NCBI GenBank assembly: GCA_964447005.1
Contig: CAYUQP010000009.1
Location: forward strand, 38,752 to 102,751
Direction: 5' to 3'
Source: an uncultured Bacteroidales bacterium
GTDB taxonomy: Bacteria > Bacteroidota > Bacteroidia > Bacteroidales > JAGOPY01
Length of the DNA stretch: 64,000 nucleotides
The notes under the pieces were generated by a model. That model did no database searches and was not told where the DNA came from. It was given only the letters and a program-made list of their open reading frames with translations. The first letter of the stretch is position 1. Each line of letters opens with the position of its first letter. The position numbers were made by a program, and so were the translations under genes. This document shows positions 19,139 to 29,103 of the stretch, piece after piece.

Positions 19139-20089
19139 CTCATCAATCCCCTCCATGCACTTAAAATGTCCCTTCGGGCATTGATCATAACCCAGCTTGC
19201 TGCAGGGACGGCATTTCAGGCCTTTCACCTCGACGATCTTCGATTTTTCCTCATCACCCGGCATGTACGGGTACATCCCGATCTTCGGGACGGTATTGCC
19301 CCAGACGGAAACGATCTGTTTGCGGAACGCCGCGGCGACATGCATCAGCCCCGTGTCGTGGGTGATAACCACCGTGGCCTGCCGAACCAGCGAGGCGCTC
19401 CGGTTAAGGCTGACCTGTCCGCACAGGGATAACACGCCGGGCCCGCTTTCTGCAACTATCCTTCCGGCAGCCGGCGCATCTTCAGGGCCGCCCAGCAGGA
19501 CCACCGGGCTGTTCAGCTTTTTGCAGACCGAAATGATCTTGTGCTCCGGAAGGCGTTTCGTGGCATGTTTTGCCCCGATGACAAAAGCCGTGTAACCATT
19601 CCTGAAAGCTTCAGGCAGTGAATCAAGATTAAATTCTTCATTCTCAGGAATAAAATAGTCCAGACCTTTAAGATCGTTCTTCACGCCAAGTCTGTTAACT
19701 GCTTCAAAATACCGGTCCACGATATGGACATCCGGCATGATGTCGATCTTAAATCGCGTCAGCAGCCATTTTTGGATATTGATCTTGGGAAACCCGGCGG
19801 CAGGCACCCGCAAGGAAGCCCTCACCCTGATAGACCGGAGGTTGCAGTGCAGATCGGCGATGAAATCGAACTTCTCGGCCTTGAGCCGGCGGATCAGGTC
19901 GCCCAGGTCGTTATCCAGCACGTGGACCCGGTCGATGTGCGGGTTGGCTTCAACCACCTGCAGGAATGCCTTTTTGACGGCGAAATGCACCTCAGCGCCC
20001 GGGACCTGCTGCTTCACGCAACGGATGACCGGCGTGGTCAGAACGATATCCCCGATGGAACTGAAGCGGATTATGAGGATCTTTTTCAA
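19079..20089 (-). CDS. Glycosyltransferase family 9 (ADP-heptose:LPS heptosyltransferase-like)
   Basis: MKKILIIRFSSIGDIVLTTPVIRCVK N-terminus. Conserved GT9 core. The C-terminal Cys cluster CRPCSKLGYDQCPKGHFKC is common in Bacteroidota GT9 enzymes. Confidence 0.8.
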   Translation of the reverse strand: MKKILIIRFSSIGDIVLTTPVIRCVKQQVPGAEVHFAVKKAFLQVVEANPHIDRVHVLDNDLGDLIRRLKAEKFDFIADLHCNLRSIRVRASLRVPAAGFPKINIQKWLLTRFKIDIMPDVHIVDRYFEAVNRLGVKNDLKGLDYFIPENEEFNLDSLPEAFRNGYTAFVIGAKHATKRLPEHKIISVCKKLNSPVVLLGGPEDAPAAGRIVAESGPGVLSLCGQVSLNRSASLVRQATVVITHDTGLMHVAAAFRKQIVSVWGNTVPKIGMYPYMPGDEEKSKIVEVKGLKCRPCSKLGYDQCPKGHFKCMEGIDESLVISHWSAVGGQQLEIRN

Positions 20090-20145
20090 AAACGGATTTT
20101 TTACAAAAGTAAGACATCATTTCAATTTCCTGTAATTTTGCCGCC

Positions 20146-20982
20146 ATGATCCTGACCGACACCCACGCCCACCTTTACCTGGAGCAGTTCGACGCCGACC
20201 GCCATGATGCGATCCGGGAGGCGCTAGCCAAAAGAGTCGAATACTTCCTGCTGCCCAATATCGATAAAGACAGCATCAGGCCGATGTTACAGCTTTGCCA
20301 TGATTTTCCGGGGCATTGCTTTCCCATGATGGGACTTCATCCCACTTCGGTAAAATCAGACTTTAAGGAACAACTTGACATCGTTAAATCTTGGCTTAAA
20401 AAAGAAAAGTTCTTTGCCATAGGCGAGATGGGCATCGATCTTTACTGGGACAAGACCTTTTTCAGGGAACAGCAGGAAGCCTTCCGTGCCCAGGTGGACC
20501 TTGCGCTGGAATATGATCTGCCCGTCGTGATCCACTCGCGGGAGTCGTTCAGTGAAATCTTCGAACTGCTGGAAGATGTCAGGCAGCCCGGGCTGCGCGG
20601 CGTTTTCCATTGTTTCACCGGCAACCTGCAACAGGCTGAACATATCATCGGAATGGGTTTCATGCTGGGCATTGGCGGGGTGCTGACGTATAAAAATTCG
20701 GGACTGGCAGATGTCATTGATAACATCCCCCTGGAACACCTTCTCCTGGAGACCGACGCGCCCTTTCTCGCCCCCGTGCCCCATCGCGGCAAGCGGAATG
20801 AGAGCAAATTCATCCCGGTAATAGCGGAGAAGATTGCCGGAATAAAAAAGATCAGCGTTGAAGAAGTTGCCGAAACGACCACTGCCAATGCCAGGAAGCT
20901 TTTTGGGTTGCCGCAAGCCACAAGCCACAAGCCACAAGCCACAAGCTGCAAGCCGCAAGCCCCATTGACCAGTGACCAATGA
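20146..20982 (+). CDS. tatD: TatD-family metal-dependent hydrolase/DNase
   Basis: ILTDTHAHLY start, DLPVVIHSRES, ETDAPFL motifs. The C-terminal 20 aa (ATSHKPQATSCKPQAPLTSDQ) are encoded by a (caagcca)n repeat. Confidence 0.85.
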   Translation: MILTDTHAHLYLEQFDADRHDAIREALAKRVEYFLLPNIDKDSIRPMLQLCHDFPGHCFPMMGLHPTSVKSDFKEQLDIVKSWLKKEKFFAIGEMGIDLYWDKTFFREQQEAFRAQVDLALEYDLPVVIHSRESFSEIFELLEDVRQPGLRGVFHCFTGNLQQAEHIIGMGFMLGIGGVLTYKNSGLADVIDNIPLEHLLLETDAPFLAPVPHRGKRNESKFIPVIAEKIAGIKKISVEEVAETTTANARKLFGLPQATSHKPQATSCKPQAPLTSDQ

Positions 20983-21035
20983 CCAATGACCAATGACCAA
21001 TGACTAATGACCAAAGACCTAAGACCAAAGACCCA
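20921..21035. repeat. Tandem heptamers (caagcca)x6 then (gaccaat)x5 and agaccaa/agaccta units
   Basis: Direct reading. It spans the 3' end of tatD and the tatD-ansA intergenic region. It generates spurious antisense HWSLVIGHWSLV ORFs. Confidence 0.75.
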
Positions 21036-21040
21036 CACCC

Positions 21041-22075
21041 ATGCCCTACGACAAAATAAACATCCTCATCATTTACACCGGCGGGACGATCGGGATGGTA
21101 CGCGACAGCAAGACCGGTGCGCTGCACCCCGTGAACGGGGCCGAGCTGCATGAGCATATCCCTATCCTCAGCAAACTGGATTACGGCATCGACCTTTATT
21201 CTTTCGATCCCCTGCTCGACTCCTCCGATATCAACCCGGGCCACTGGGTTGAGCTGGTTTCGGTGATTGAGCGCAATTATGAGAAATACGACGGGTTCGT
21301 GGTGCTGCACGGCTCCGATACGATGGCCTACACGGCATCCGCCCTGAGCTTCATGCTGGAGAACCTGAACAAACCCGTGATCCTGACCGGTTCCCAGCTA
21401 CCGCTGGGCATGATCCGCAGCGACGGCCGGGAGAACCTCATCACGGCCATAGAAATTGCCGCTTCGCAGGACAATGCCACGCCCGTGGTGCCTGAAGTGG
21501 CTGTCTATTTCGAGAACAAGCTGCTCCGGGGCAACCGCACCTTTAAATATAACGCCGAGCATTTTGAAGCCTTCCGTTCCGGTAATTATCCCCCGCTGGC
21601 CGAGGTCGGCATTCATATCCGCTTCAACCACAACGCGATCCTGAAGCCGAATTTCAAATCGTTGAAGCCCCATCTTGCGCTCGACAACAACATAACCCTG
21701 CTCAAACTTTTCCCGGGGATCTCGAAAGATGCGGTGAATGCCCAGTTGACCATTGCCGGGCTGAAAGCGGTCATCCTCGAAACTTACGGCTCCGGTAATG
21801 CCATGACCGACCCGTGGTTCCTCGAAGCGATCAGGCAGGCCATTGAAAAGGGGATCATTGTGATGAATGTCACCCAGTGCAAAGCCGGCTCCGTCGAGAT
21901 CGGCAAGTATCAGACCAGCAGAGAGCTAGGGAAAATGGGCGTGTTGAGTGGCTATGATATCACTACCGAATCGGCCATGACCAAGCTGATGTACCTTTTA
22001 GGAACAGGTCTTCCCAAAAGCGAGACTGAAAAATTACTGGTGCTTTCCCTGAGGGGAGAAATGACGACGGGTTAG
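21041..22075 (+). CDS. ansA: Type I L-asparaginase
   Basis: NILIIYTGGTIGM (TGGTI active-site motif), HGSDTMAYTASALSF, about 344 aa. Confidence 0.85.
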   Translation: MPYDKINILIIYTGGTIGMVRDSKTGALHPVNGAELHEHIPILSKLDYGIDLYSFDPLLDSSDINPGHWVELVSVIERNYEKYDGFVVLHGSDTMAYTASALSFMLENLNKPVILTGSQLPLGMIRSDGRENLITAIEIAASQDNATPVVPEVAVYFENKLLRGNRTFKYNAEHFEAFRSGNYPPLAEVGIHIRFNHNAILKPNFKSLKPHLALDNNITLLKLFPGISKDAVNAQLTIAGLKAVILETYGSGNAMTDPWFLEAIRQAIEKGIIVMNVTQCKAGSVEIGKYQTSRELGKMGVLSGYDITTESAMTKLMYLLGTGLPKSETEKLLVLSLRGEMTTG

Positions 22076-22218
22076 GATTATTCCGGCAATTAAGCCATAT
22101 CATTAAAAAGATTGATTAGATCAGATATAAATATTAAATTCTAAAACCTTTATTATATTTTTTTAATTACTTTAGCGCCGTTTTAAGGAGAGTTGAACCG
22201 CAAAAATAATTGATTTAA

Positions 22219-22309
22219 GGAGAGATGGCCGAGTGGTCGAAGGCGCACGCCTGGAAAGTGTGTAACCGTCAAAAGCGGTTCATGGGTTCGAATCCCATTC
22301 TCTCCGCCA
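22219..22309 (+). tRNA. tRNA-Ser (anticodon GGA), class II with long variable arm, CCA encoded
   Basis: GGAGAGA acceptor. D-arm GCC-GAGTGGTCGAA-GGC. Anticodon stem CACGC/GTGTG with loop CTGGAAA. Long variable arm. T-arm TGGGTTCGAATCCCA. Ends TCTCTCC-G-CCA. Confidence 0.85.
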
Positions 22310-22354
22310 AACAAATTAAAACCAAAACGAAATTTTAAATCAATAAATTAAACT

Positions 22355-23104
22355 ATGAAACGCTTAATCACATTATTAGCTCTGGCTGCAGTACTCATGA
22401 CCGGAGTATTCAACCAGGTTTATGCTCAGTCTGACAGTCAGGCCGCGCAAACCACGCAGGTAACCGTTGAATCCAGGGGATTTCACCAGGTTTTGAAAGA
22501 CTATTTTATCCAGGGTGGTGCCGGATTTATGGCAACGATCCTTTTATGTCTTATTTTCGGTCTGGCCATTTCAATTGAGCGTACGCTTTATCTGAACCTT
22601 TCAGCGACGAATACCAAGAAACTGCTGAACAAGATCGAATCGGCGATGGAGTCGAGCGGTATTGACGCTGCCAAGGAAGTCTGCACCAATACGCGGGGCC
22701 CGGTGGCAAGCATTTTCTACCAGGGTCTGACCCGGTACAATGAAGGACTTGAAATCGTTGAAAAATCAATCATTTCCTATGGCAGTGTTCTCATGGGAAG
22801 AATGGAAAGCGGACTGTCATGGATTTCATTGTTTATCGCCATTGCCCCGATGCTCGGGTTCCTCGGAACGGTTATCGGGATGGTGCAGGCATTTGACGCC
22901 ATCGAAGCAGCCGGTGATATCAGCCCCACCCTCGTGGCAGGTGGTATCAAGGTCGCTCTTCTGACCACCCTGTTTGGTCTGATCGTGGCCATTATCCTGC
23001 AGCTTTTCTACAATTACCTGGTCTCCAAGATTGACGCTATTGTCAATGATATGGAAGACAGTTCGATCACCTTTATCGATATTCTTTCCAAGTACAAGAA
23101 ATAA
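22355..23104 (+). CDS. exbB: MotA/TolQ/ExbB proton-channel family protein
   Basis: Signal peptide plus 3 TM helices with the conserved LGFLGTVIGM...TTLFGL core. It is followed by two exbD-like genes. Confidence 0.8.
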   Translation: MKRLITLLALAAVLMTGVFNQVYAQSDSQAAQTTQVTVESRGFHQVLKDYFIQGGAGFMATILLCLIFGLAISIERTLYLNLSATNTKKLLNKIESAMESSGIDAAKEVCTNTRGPVASIFYQGLTRYNEGLEIVEKSIISYGSVLMGRMESGLSWISLFIAIAPMLGFLGTVIGMVQAFDAIEAAGDISPTLVAGGIKVALLTTLFGLIVAIILQLFYNYLVSKIDAIVNDMEDSSITFIDILSKYKK

Positions 23105-23112
23105 TCACAGCC

Positions 23113-23532
23113 ATGACCGAAAAGCATTTTAAACTAATCCAATGGATGTTGTACGGACTGATGGCAATTTCAGCCCTTTTCGGGTTGTTGTTTTACATTA
23201 ATCCGAGCAGCTCTGACCTCCTGATCTATTGGGGTTATATCCTGGCTGTAGTTTCCGGCGTGGTGACCATTTTGCTCTCCATCGTCTCTATGGCAAGAAA
23301 CCCCAAAGGATCGATCAAGGTGTTGGTCATTATTGCAGCAATGATCATCGTAGGAGTCATTTCCTATGCAATGTCAACCAACACATATAGCGCAGCCGAG
23401 CTTGACAAATATGACGTGACCGCCAGCGGGGTAAAACTCGTGAGCGCCGGTTTGTATATGACCTATGTCATTGCCATTATAGCGATCGCTGTGTTTATCT
23501 ATTCATCCGTAAGCAGAATATTTAATAAATAA
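23113..23532 (+). CDS. Small 4-TM membrane protein of unknown function within the exbB-exbD operon
   Basis: Four hydrophobic helices. Tightly packed between exbB and exbD (8-11 bp gaps). Confidence 0.5.
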   Translation: MTEKHFKLIQWMLYGLMAISALFGLLFYINPSSSDLLIYWGYILAVVSGVVTILLSIVSMARNPKGSIKVLVIIAAMIIVGVISYAMSTNTYSAAELDKYDVTASGVKLVSAGLYMTYVIAIIAIAVFIYSSVSRIFNK

Positions 23533-23543
23533 TAATCCAGGTC

Positions 23544-24122
23544 ATGAGAAAGAAAAGAGGAAACCCGGAGATCAATGCCGGCTCGATGGCCGACATTGCT
23601 TTCCTACTCCTGATATTCTTCCTGGTTACAGTAACAATGGATGTGGACACCGGGATTACCAGAAAACTGCCCCCGCCTGTTGAAGATGAAACCAATATTG
23701 ACATAAACCAGCGAAATATTTTCGAGGTACTGGTCAATAGCGCTAACATGCTTCTGGTGGAAGGTAAAGAAGGTAACCTGGAAACACTGAAAGATGAAAC
23801 AAAGCATTTTTTTCTCAATCCAAACAATGAGGCGAATTTGCCTGAGAAAAAGCTGGAACAGGTTAATCTTCTGGGAGATGTCTATATTTCCAAGGGAGTC
23901 GTATCGCTGAAGAATGACCGGGGAACTTCGTATGAAATGTATATCAAGGTCCAGAATGAGCTCACAAGAGCTTTCCAGGAAATGCGCGACGAACTGTCGG
24001 TTGATAAATTCGGGTTGAAATATGACAACCTGAAAGACCCTGAAAAACAGGAAGCTATTCAGGCTGTCATTCCGATCGCGATCTCCGAAGCTGAACCGGA
24101 AGATATTGGTGGAACTAAATAA
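23544..24122 (+). CDS. exbD: ExbD/TolR biopolymer transport protein
   Basis: INAGSMADIAFLLLIFFLVT N-terminal TM typical of ExbD/TolR, plus a periplasmic domain. Confidence 0.8.
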   Translation: MRKKRGNPEINAGSMADIAFLLLIFFLVTVTMDVDTGITRKLPPPVEDETNIDINQRNIFEVLVNSANMLLVEGKEGNLETLKDETKHFFLNPNNEANLPEKKLEQVNLLGDVYISKGVVSLKNDRGTSYEMYIKVQNELTRAFQEMRDELSVDKFGLKYDNLKDPEKQEAIQAVIPIAISEAEPEDIGGTK

Positions 24123-24134
24123 ACAATCAGCATT

Positions 24135-24605
24135 ATGGGACGTTTTAAACAGAAAAAAGAGGGTGGCGTACCGAAAATCAGTACGGCCTCACTACCGGAT
24201 GTGATCTTCATTCTGCTTTGTTTTTTCATGGTGTCAACAACCATGCGCGAAACCACGCTTATCGTCAAAGTACGGTTACCCGAAGCTACCGAAGTCCAGA
24301 AACTGGAGAAAAAATCACTGGTCAGTTTCATCTATGTCGGACCCCCGATCAAAAGTACCTTTGGTACTGAATCCAGGATCCAGCTGAATGATCAGTTTGC
24401 CACCATTGCCGATATCCAGGCATTTATTGCTACAGAACGTGACGCACGCGACGAAGCCGACCGGAAGTTCCTTACCACTTCCATCAAAGCTGACCGTGAC
24501 ACCCGCATGGGCGTCATAACCGATATCAAACAGGAACTGCGAAAAGCCGGTGCTTTCAAAATAAATTATTCCAGCAAGAAAGCTGCAAAAAAGCACCATA
24601 ATTAA
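24135..24605 (+). CDS. exbD: ExbD/TolR biopolymer transport protein (second copy)
   Basis: ISTASLPDVIFILLCFFMVST TM segment. 156 aa. Confidence 0.8.
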   Translation: MGRFKQKKEGGVPKISTASLPDVIFILLCFFMVSTTMRETTLIVKVRLPEATEVQKLEKKSLVSFIYVGPPIKSTFGTESRIQLNDQFATIADIQAFIATERDARDEADRKFLTTSIKADRDTRMGVITDIKQELRKAGAFKINYSSKKAAKKHHN

Positions 24606-24625
24606 TAAAAGGCAATTATTTATTA

Positions 24626-24663
24626 AGAGGCTGTCTCAAAAGTCGGAGCAGCCTCTTTTTTTT
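24626..24663 (+). terminator. Rho-independent terminator of the exbB-exbD operon
   Basis: Stem AGAGGCTG/CAGCCTCT, loop tctcaaaagtcggag, followed by T8. It overlaps the last codons of the convergent CPBP protease gene. Confidence 0.7.
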
Positions 24664-25580
24664 ATCCTCTGCTGCTCGTGGTAATAAATGAGTAACATCA
24701 CCAGGACCATCAGTACCGCACTACCGGCAATCATCCCTGTGCTTTTGGATGAGCCGAACGTTTCCAGGTCTACGTTCAGAACGCCCCGTTTGGTCATGAA
24801 CGCCAGGATCACAGCCATGGCATTGTTAAGGAAATGCAACAGGATTGGCACCCATAAGGAGCCGGACCATATGAAAAGATATCCCAGGATAATACCCAGC
24901 AGCACACGTCCGAAAAATCCATAAAACTGAAGGTGCATCGCACTGAACAATAACGCAGGGATGATAACGGCCAAATGGATATTGCCGGTCCATTCCCTGA
25001 ACAGCCTGACCAGTATCCCCCTGAATATCAGCTCCTCCCCTACAGCGGCCAATCCAGCGATCATAAACAGGTTTACCAAAAAGCCACCCCATTGATCGGT
25101 CGAGAGAAATGCATCGGTCAGTTTGCCGGCACTGTCTTCCGAATCCCGCATCCATGTTTCTATCCTTTCCAGAAATTCCGGCAAGTGAATGCTGTTGTTT
25201 ATATCTACCAGCCAGTTTATGAAAGGCAGTGCGACAATAAGGACAATGAAACCGAAAATACTGCTGAACTTGCTCAAATCCCTTTTAAAACCAAGGTATT
25301 TAGTAAAATGATCGTCCGTCAGTATCACAAACAGGATGGCCGGCAGGATGAACACCCCAAGCTGGTTGACTATCTGGAAATACTTGAGGGCCGCAACTGT
25401 TTGCGGATTTCCATAATCGTTAAAAAGGTCAGGATCATTCAAGTAATTGCGGCCAAAGAAAGGTATGGAAATAGCAACCCCAACAGCTAGCATCACCAGG
25501 AACGTAATGATCATCACCATGATCAGGGCGAGGATCTTTAACGAAGGAGAAAAATGGCGGAATGGAGGGTCCCTGAACAT
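24636..25580 (-). CDS. CPBP-family (CAAX/Abi) intramembrane metalloprotease
   Basis: Multi-TM. The motifs are GEELIFRGIL (EExxxR) and LLFSAMHLQ (FxxxH). Confidence 0.75.
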   Translation of the reverse strand: MFRDPPFRHFSPSLKILALIMVMIITFLVMLAVGVAISIPFFGRNYLNDPDLFNDYGNPQTVAALKYFQIVNQLGVFILPAILFVILTDDHFTKYLGFKRDLSKFSSIFGFIVLIVALPFINWLVDINNSIHLPEFLERIETWMRDSEDSAGKLTDAFLSTDQWGGFLVNLFMIAGLAAVGEELIFRGILVRLFREWTGNIHLAVIIPALLFSAMHLQFYGFFGRVLLGIILGYLFIWSGSLWVPILLHFLNNAMAVILAFMTKRGVLNVDLETFGSSKSTGMIAGSAVLMVLVMLLIYYHEQQRIKKRGCSDF

Positions 25581-25614
25581 AACAGTGCTTTGATCGCCGT
25601 CAAAATTAGTAATT

Positions 25615-26619
25615 TTGCCATTGATTAGAAATTATTCTCACTTGGTTAGAATTGGGCCCATCGAAGCCGGGGAATTCCCGTTGTTGCTTGCTCCCATGGA
25701 GGATGTGAGCGATCCGCCGTTCCGTTATGTCTGCAAGATGTTTGGAGCGGATATCATGTATACTGAATTCATTTCTTCAGAAGGACTGATCCGGGAAGCT
25801 GCTAAGAGCGTTAAAAAGCTTGAATTCACCGAATTCGAGCGGCCGATCGGGATACAGATCTTCGGCCATGATATTGAATCGATGGTGCAGGCCGCCAAAT
25901 TCGCCGAAGAAGCCAATCCCGACATCATCGACATCAATTACGGCTGCCCGGTGAGAAAAGTGGCTGACCGGGGCGCAGGTTCGGGGATCCTGAACAACAT
26001 CCCGAAAATGGTAAAGATGACCGAGGCTGTGGTGAATGCGGTGAAAAAGCCGGTCACGGTGAAAACCCGGCTGGGTTATGACAACCACATGAAAGACATC
26101 GTGGAGATCGCCGAGCGCTTGCAGGATGTCGGCATCCAGGCCATCACGATCCATGGGCGCACCCGGGTGACCCGTTCCAGCGAACCGGCCGACTGGACCC
26201 TCATCGGCGAGGTGAAAAAGAATCCCAGGATGCACATCCCGGTCTTTGGCAACGGGGATGTTTTCTCCCCCGAAGCGGCCAGGCATTTCAAAGAAACTTA
26301 CCAGGTCGACGGACTGATGATCGCCCGCGGAAGTTACGGCAATCCATGGATCTTCAGGGATATTAAACAATTCCTGGAAACCGGAATAATAGCAGCTCCT
26401 CCCGATATCCATGAAAGGGTGCGCATTTGCCGCATCCACCTTGAGAAATCGGTGGAGTGGAAAGGCGAGCGGGTTGCCATCAATGAAATCCGCAAGCATT
26501 ATTCCGATTACTTCAAAGGATATCCTGATTTCAAGCACTTCAAGGTTGCCCTCATGGAAGCCGGAACGGCAGATATCATCAATGAATTACTGGATCAGAT
26601 CCTTCTGGCTTATTCGTAA
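25615..26619 (+). CDS. dusB: tRNA-dihydrouridine synthase
   Basis: LLLAPMEDVSDPPFR, NYGCPVRKV (catalytic Cys) and TIHGRTR motifs of the Dus family. Confidence 0.85.
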   Translation: MPLIRNYSHLVRIGPIEAGEFPLLLAPMEDVSDPPFRYVCKMFGADIMYTEFISSEGLIREAAKSVKKLEFTEFERPIGIQIFGHDIESMVQAAKFAEEANPDIIDINYGCPVRKVADRGAGSGILNNIPKMVKMTEAVVNAVKKPVTVKTRLGYDNHMKDIVEIAERLQDVGIQAITIHGRTRVTRSSEPADWTLIGEVKKNPRMHIPVFGNGDVFSPEAARHFKETYQVDGLMIARGSYGNPWIFRDIKQFLETGIIAAPPDIHERVRICRIHLEKSVEWKGERVAINEIRKHYSDYFKGYPDFKHFKVALMEAGTADIINELLDQILLAYS

Positions 26620-26654
26620 TTCAACACCGATCACGCCTTGCAATTCATAAGCGG

Positions 26655-28925
26655 CTAATTCCCCGTCAGGATCAGCATGGCACCGGGTGCAGTCATGATG
26701 GACGCCCCTTCTGAAATGGTTATACCTCTGAGGATTACGTCGGAAATGATGACAGGCTGGAATGGCCCGGGCATGATGACTGCTTCATGATAGACACCCG
26801 GCACAAAGCCATCTGACCAGTTTGTCGCATCATACCAGTCGGAAGAGCTCAATCCGGTCCATGTCACGATCTGGGGAAGCGGTTCAATGACCGCGCTCCT
26901 GAGCCCCCAGGAATCCAATCCCATTTGCAATCCGGGCATGGTCGTCATTGAAATGAATCCTTCCGGCCCCATCAATCTGAAATCACCAAGGACCACCACG
27001 TACACGCCTGGTTCGAAAATATCCAGTGTGGCCACCTCAATGCTACTGCCCGGCGCCTGGATCATCATCTGGCCGGGTGTCATCACATCAGCCACCTTCA
27101 GGACAAGTTGCATATCAGCCCAGAAGGGATGCGCGGGATCAACCTGGAAATTGAAGCCGAAATTTTGCACAAATCCATCTCCCAGGATCGCGGGCAATGT
27201 GAAGAGCGGCAGATTCAACTGGTCTATTCCTTCCACGAAATGGTTAGGAACAGGGATCGGCATGAACTCCGCGGTACTGTTGTCGGATCCTCCAAAGGAG
27301 AAACCGGGATAGGTGCTGATATTAGACGGGGATTCAGAATAAACAGGTGTGCCAAGTGCCTGGACCTTCAGCCTGGAAGTGCCGTTATCATTGTGAATCC
27401 AGTAAGTTGTCGAGCCCGTCAGATCCCCGTTAATGGCCCTTCGTTCATTACCGGAAGAATAGCCCCAGGAGCCGGGATGGTTCCAGTTCCATACTGCCAC
27501 TTTGATCTTTTCACCGGTCACCGGATCAACCTTGTAAACCGTTACATTACCGCAACTACCACTTTCCCCTTCAAATTCCACAACAAGCTGCCCTCCGGGA
27601 GGGACGACAAATTCCTGCCACTGGCAGTAGGTATTAAAGGGGACCAGGGTAACATTCCTGGACTCGCAGATTGAATTGGCCGCACTGGTGCTGTCGGCAA
27701 TCCATTCATCAATCTGCTCCTGCCTGTCAGGGATTGTGGGATCAGCCCTTAAAGCCTGCAGAACCGAATGGATATATGGCAGCACGATGTTCCGTATGTA
27801 ATCATCATAGGCAAGTTTGGCCTTTACCACGGCAGCCGGGTAAGAGGCCCCGGTATCCAGCGCGTTGATCTTGGCCTGCAGATAGGAATGCACGCCTGGG
27901 TCACTGCTCCACCCTGATCTGTCATCGACCGCAGAATTCGCGTATACGGTCGCTTTGTTTTTTATGTCCAGGGTAGAAACGGCATCAACAGAATGACCTC
28001 CAAAACATTGTATGAACTCATCATAGACTGTCCTGCAGCATGAATCGATCACCTTTTGCTGCAGGTCCCTGAGATGCTCCGGCCTCAGTTTCTTTTTACC
28101 CAGCAGGTTAATCCCCCCATCGGAAGCTCCGTGATTCGTGACCATTTTCTGGAACGTGGCAGGCGTGCCGTTGTCATTGCACGCAGCTACCCGCTTTGCA
28201 ATGACCTGAAAAGTGCTGTCGATCTTAGCACTGTCTGCACTGATAACCCTTCCGGCAGGAATGCTGCCATCCCTTGGGTCGCCCTTGAAATAATGTACAA
28301 ACACATTGCTGTCACAGTACCCCAGGGAATCTACCTTGAATTTGTATAGGAATGCCAGATTGTCCCAGTATTTTTTCTTGTTGTTCAATGTGTCGCCGCC
28401 GCCACTGAGCAGAAAGGCAAATTTACAGGGATCGCAATTACCGTTCAATATCGATCGGTCGATGTCCTGGCTTTCCTTTTTCCGCTTTTCAATTTTATCC
28501 CCAGGGGCCTCGGGCACCACACCTTCTCCGGGAATGTACACCGTCACTGCGATAACATCAAGATAGGCCATAATGGTATCATTCGGATAAAAATGATCCG
28601 GGTAAGGTTCAAATGTTACCGTACCTTCTACCAGGATATACCCTCCATTCCAGGCATTATCCGGTGGTACAACCCCGCTGAGAATAATACGTGAAAAGGA
28701 AGGCAACACTTCATCTTTCATGAAATCACCATAATGATCCAGGAGCATGTCGTAATCAGTATTAGTATAATATCCGACAACCTGAATGTTATCCCCATCC
28801 TGAATGGAAGGATCGGTGTAAACTTCAATAACATTATAATAGGTATCCCTGGAAGTTTGCGATATCAGGAAAAACGGAAGTATAGTTAGAATGATAATGC
28901 TTAAAATTGGTAACGCTTTTTTCAT
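26655..28925 (-). CDS. Large secreted protein, possible clan-CD (gingipain C25-like) cysteine peptidase domain plus beta-sandwich domains
   Basis: Signal peptide. VTNHGASDGG (His) and about 33 aa later IDSCC (Cys) match gingipain-like dyad spacing. Long C-terminal Ig-like region. Weak assignment. Confidence 0.35.
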   Translation of the reverse strand: MKKALPILSIIILTILPFFLISQTSRDTYYNVIEVYTDPSIQDGDNIQVVGYYTNTDYDMLLDHYGDFMKDEVLPSFSRIILSGVVPPDNAWNGGYILVEGTVTFEPYPDHFYPNDTIMAYLDVIAVTVYIPGEGVVPEAPGDKIEKRKKESQDIDRSILNGNCDPCKFAFLLSGGGDTLNNKKKYWDNLAFLYKFKVDSLGYCDSNVFVHYFKGDPRDGSIPAGRVISADSAKIDSTFQVIAKRVAACNDNGTPATFQKMVTNHGASDGGINLLGKKKLRPEHLRDLQQKVIDSCCRTVYDEFIQCFGGHSVDAVSTLDIKNKATVYANSAVDDRSGWSSDPGVHSYLQAKINALDTGASYPAAVVKAKLAYDDYIRNIVLPYIHSVLQALRADPTIPDRQEQIDEWIADSTSAANSICESRNVTLVPFNTYCQWQEFVVPPGGQLVVEFEGESGSCGNVTVYKVDPVTGEKIKVAVWNWNHPGSWGYSSGNERRAINGDLTGSTTYWIHNDNGTSRLKVQALGTPVYSESPSNISTYPGFSFGGSDNSTAEFMPIPVPNHFVEGIDQLNLPLFTLPAILGDGFVQNFGFNFQVDPAHPFWADMQLVLKVADVMTPGQMMIQAPGSSIEVATLDIFEPGVYVVVLGDFRLMGPEGFISMTTMPGLQMGLDSWGLRSAVIEPLPQIVTWTGLSSSDWYDATNWSDGFVPGVYHEAVIMPGPFQPVIISDVILRGITISEGASIMTAPGAMLILTGN

Positions 28926-29103
28926 AATAATTGGTTTTATATGAAACTGACGAAATGAACCGATGGTGTGACAACCTGGTTAGGCAAAATTCATTTCAGA
29001 AGAAAAGCATAAAATTAAATCATTATGAATTGGATGTCAAGTGTTTAAATGTTAATTATCTGTTAAATAATGATATGTGTTATAATTTATTTGATGATGG
29101 AAA

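Noticed and set aside
20921-21035. Possible CRISPR array suggested by regularly spaced direct repeats
   Set aside because: Units are only 7-8 nt and directly abutting, with no spacers. They are simple tandem repeats, not CRISPR.
20356-21310. Minus-strand ORFs of 152-214 aa overlapping tatD and ansA, with HWSLVIGHWSLV repeats
   Set aside because: They are generated by the heptamer tandem repeats and run antisense to two conserved enzymes. They are not genes.
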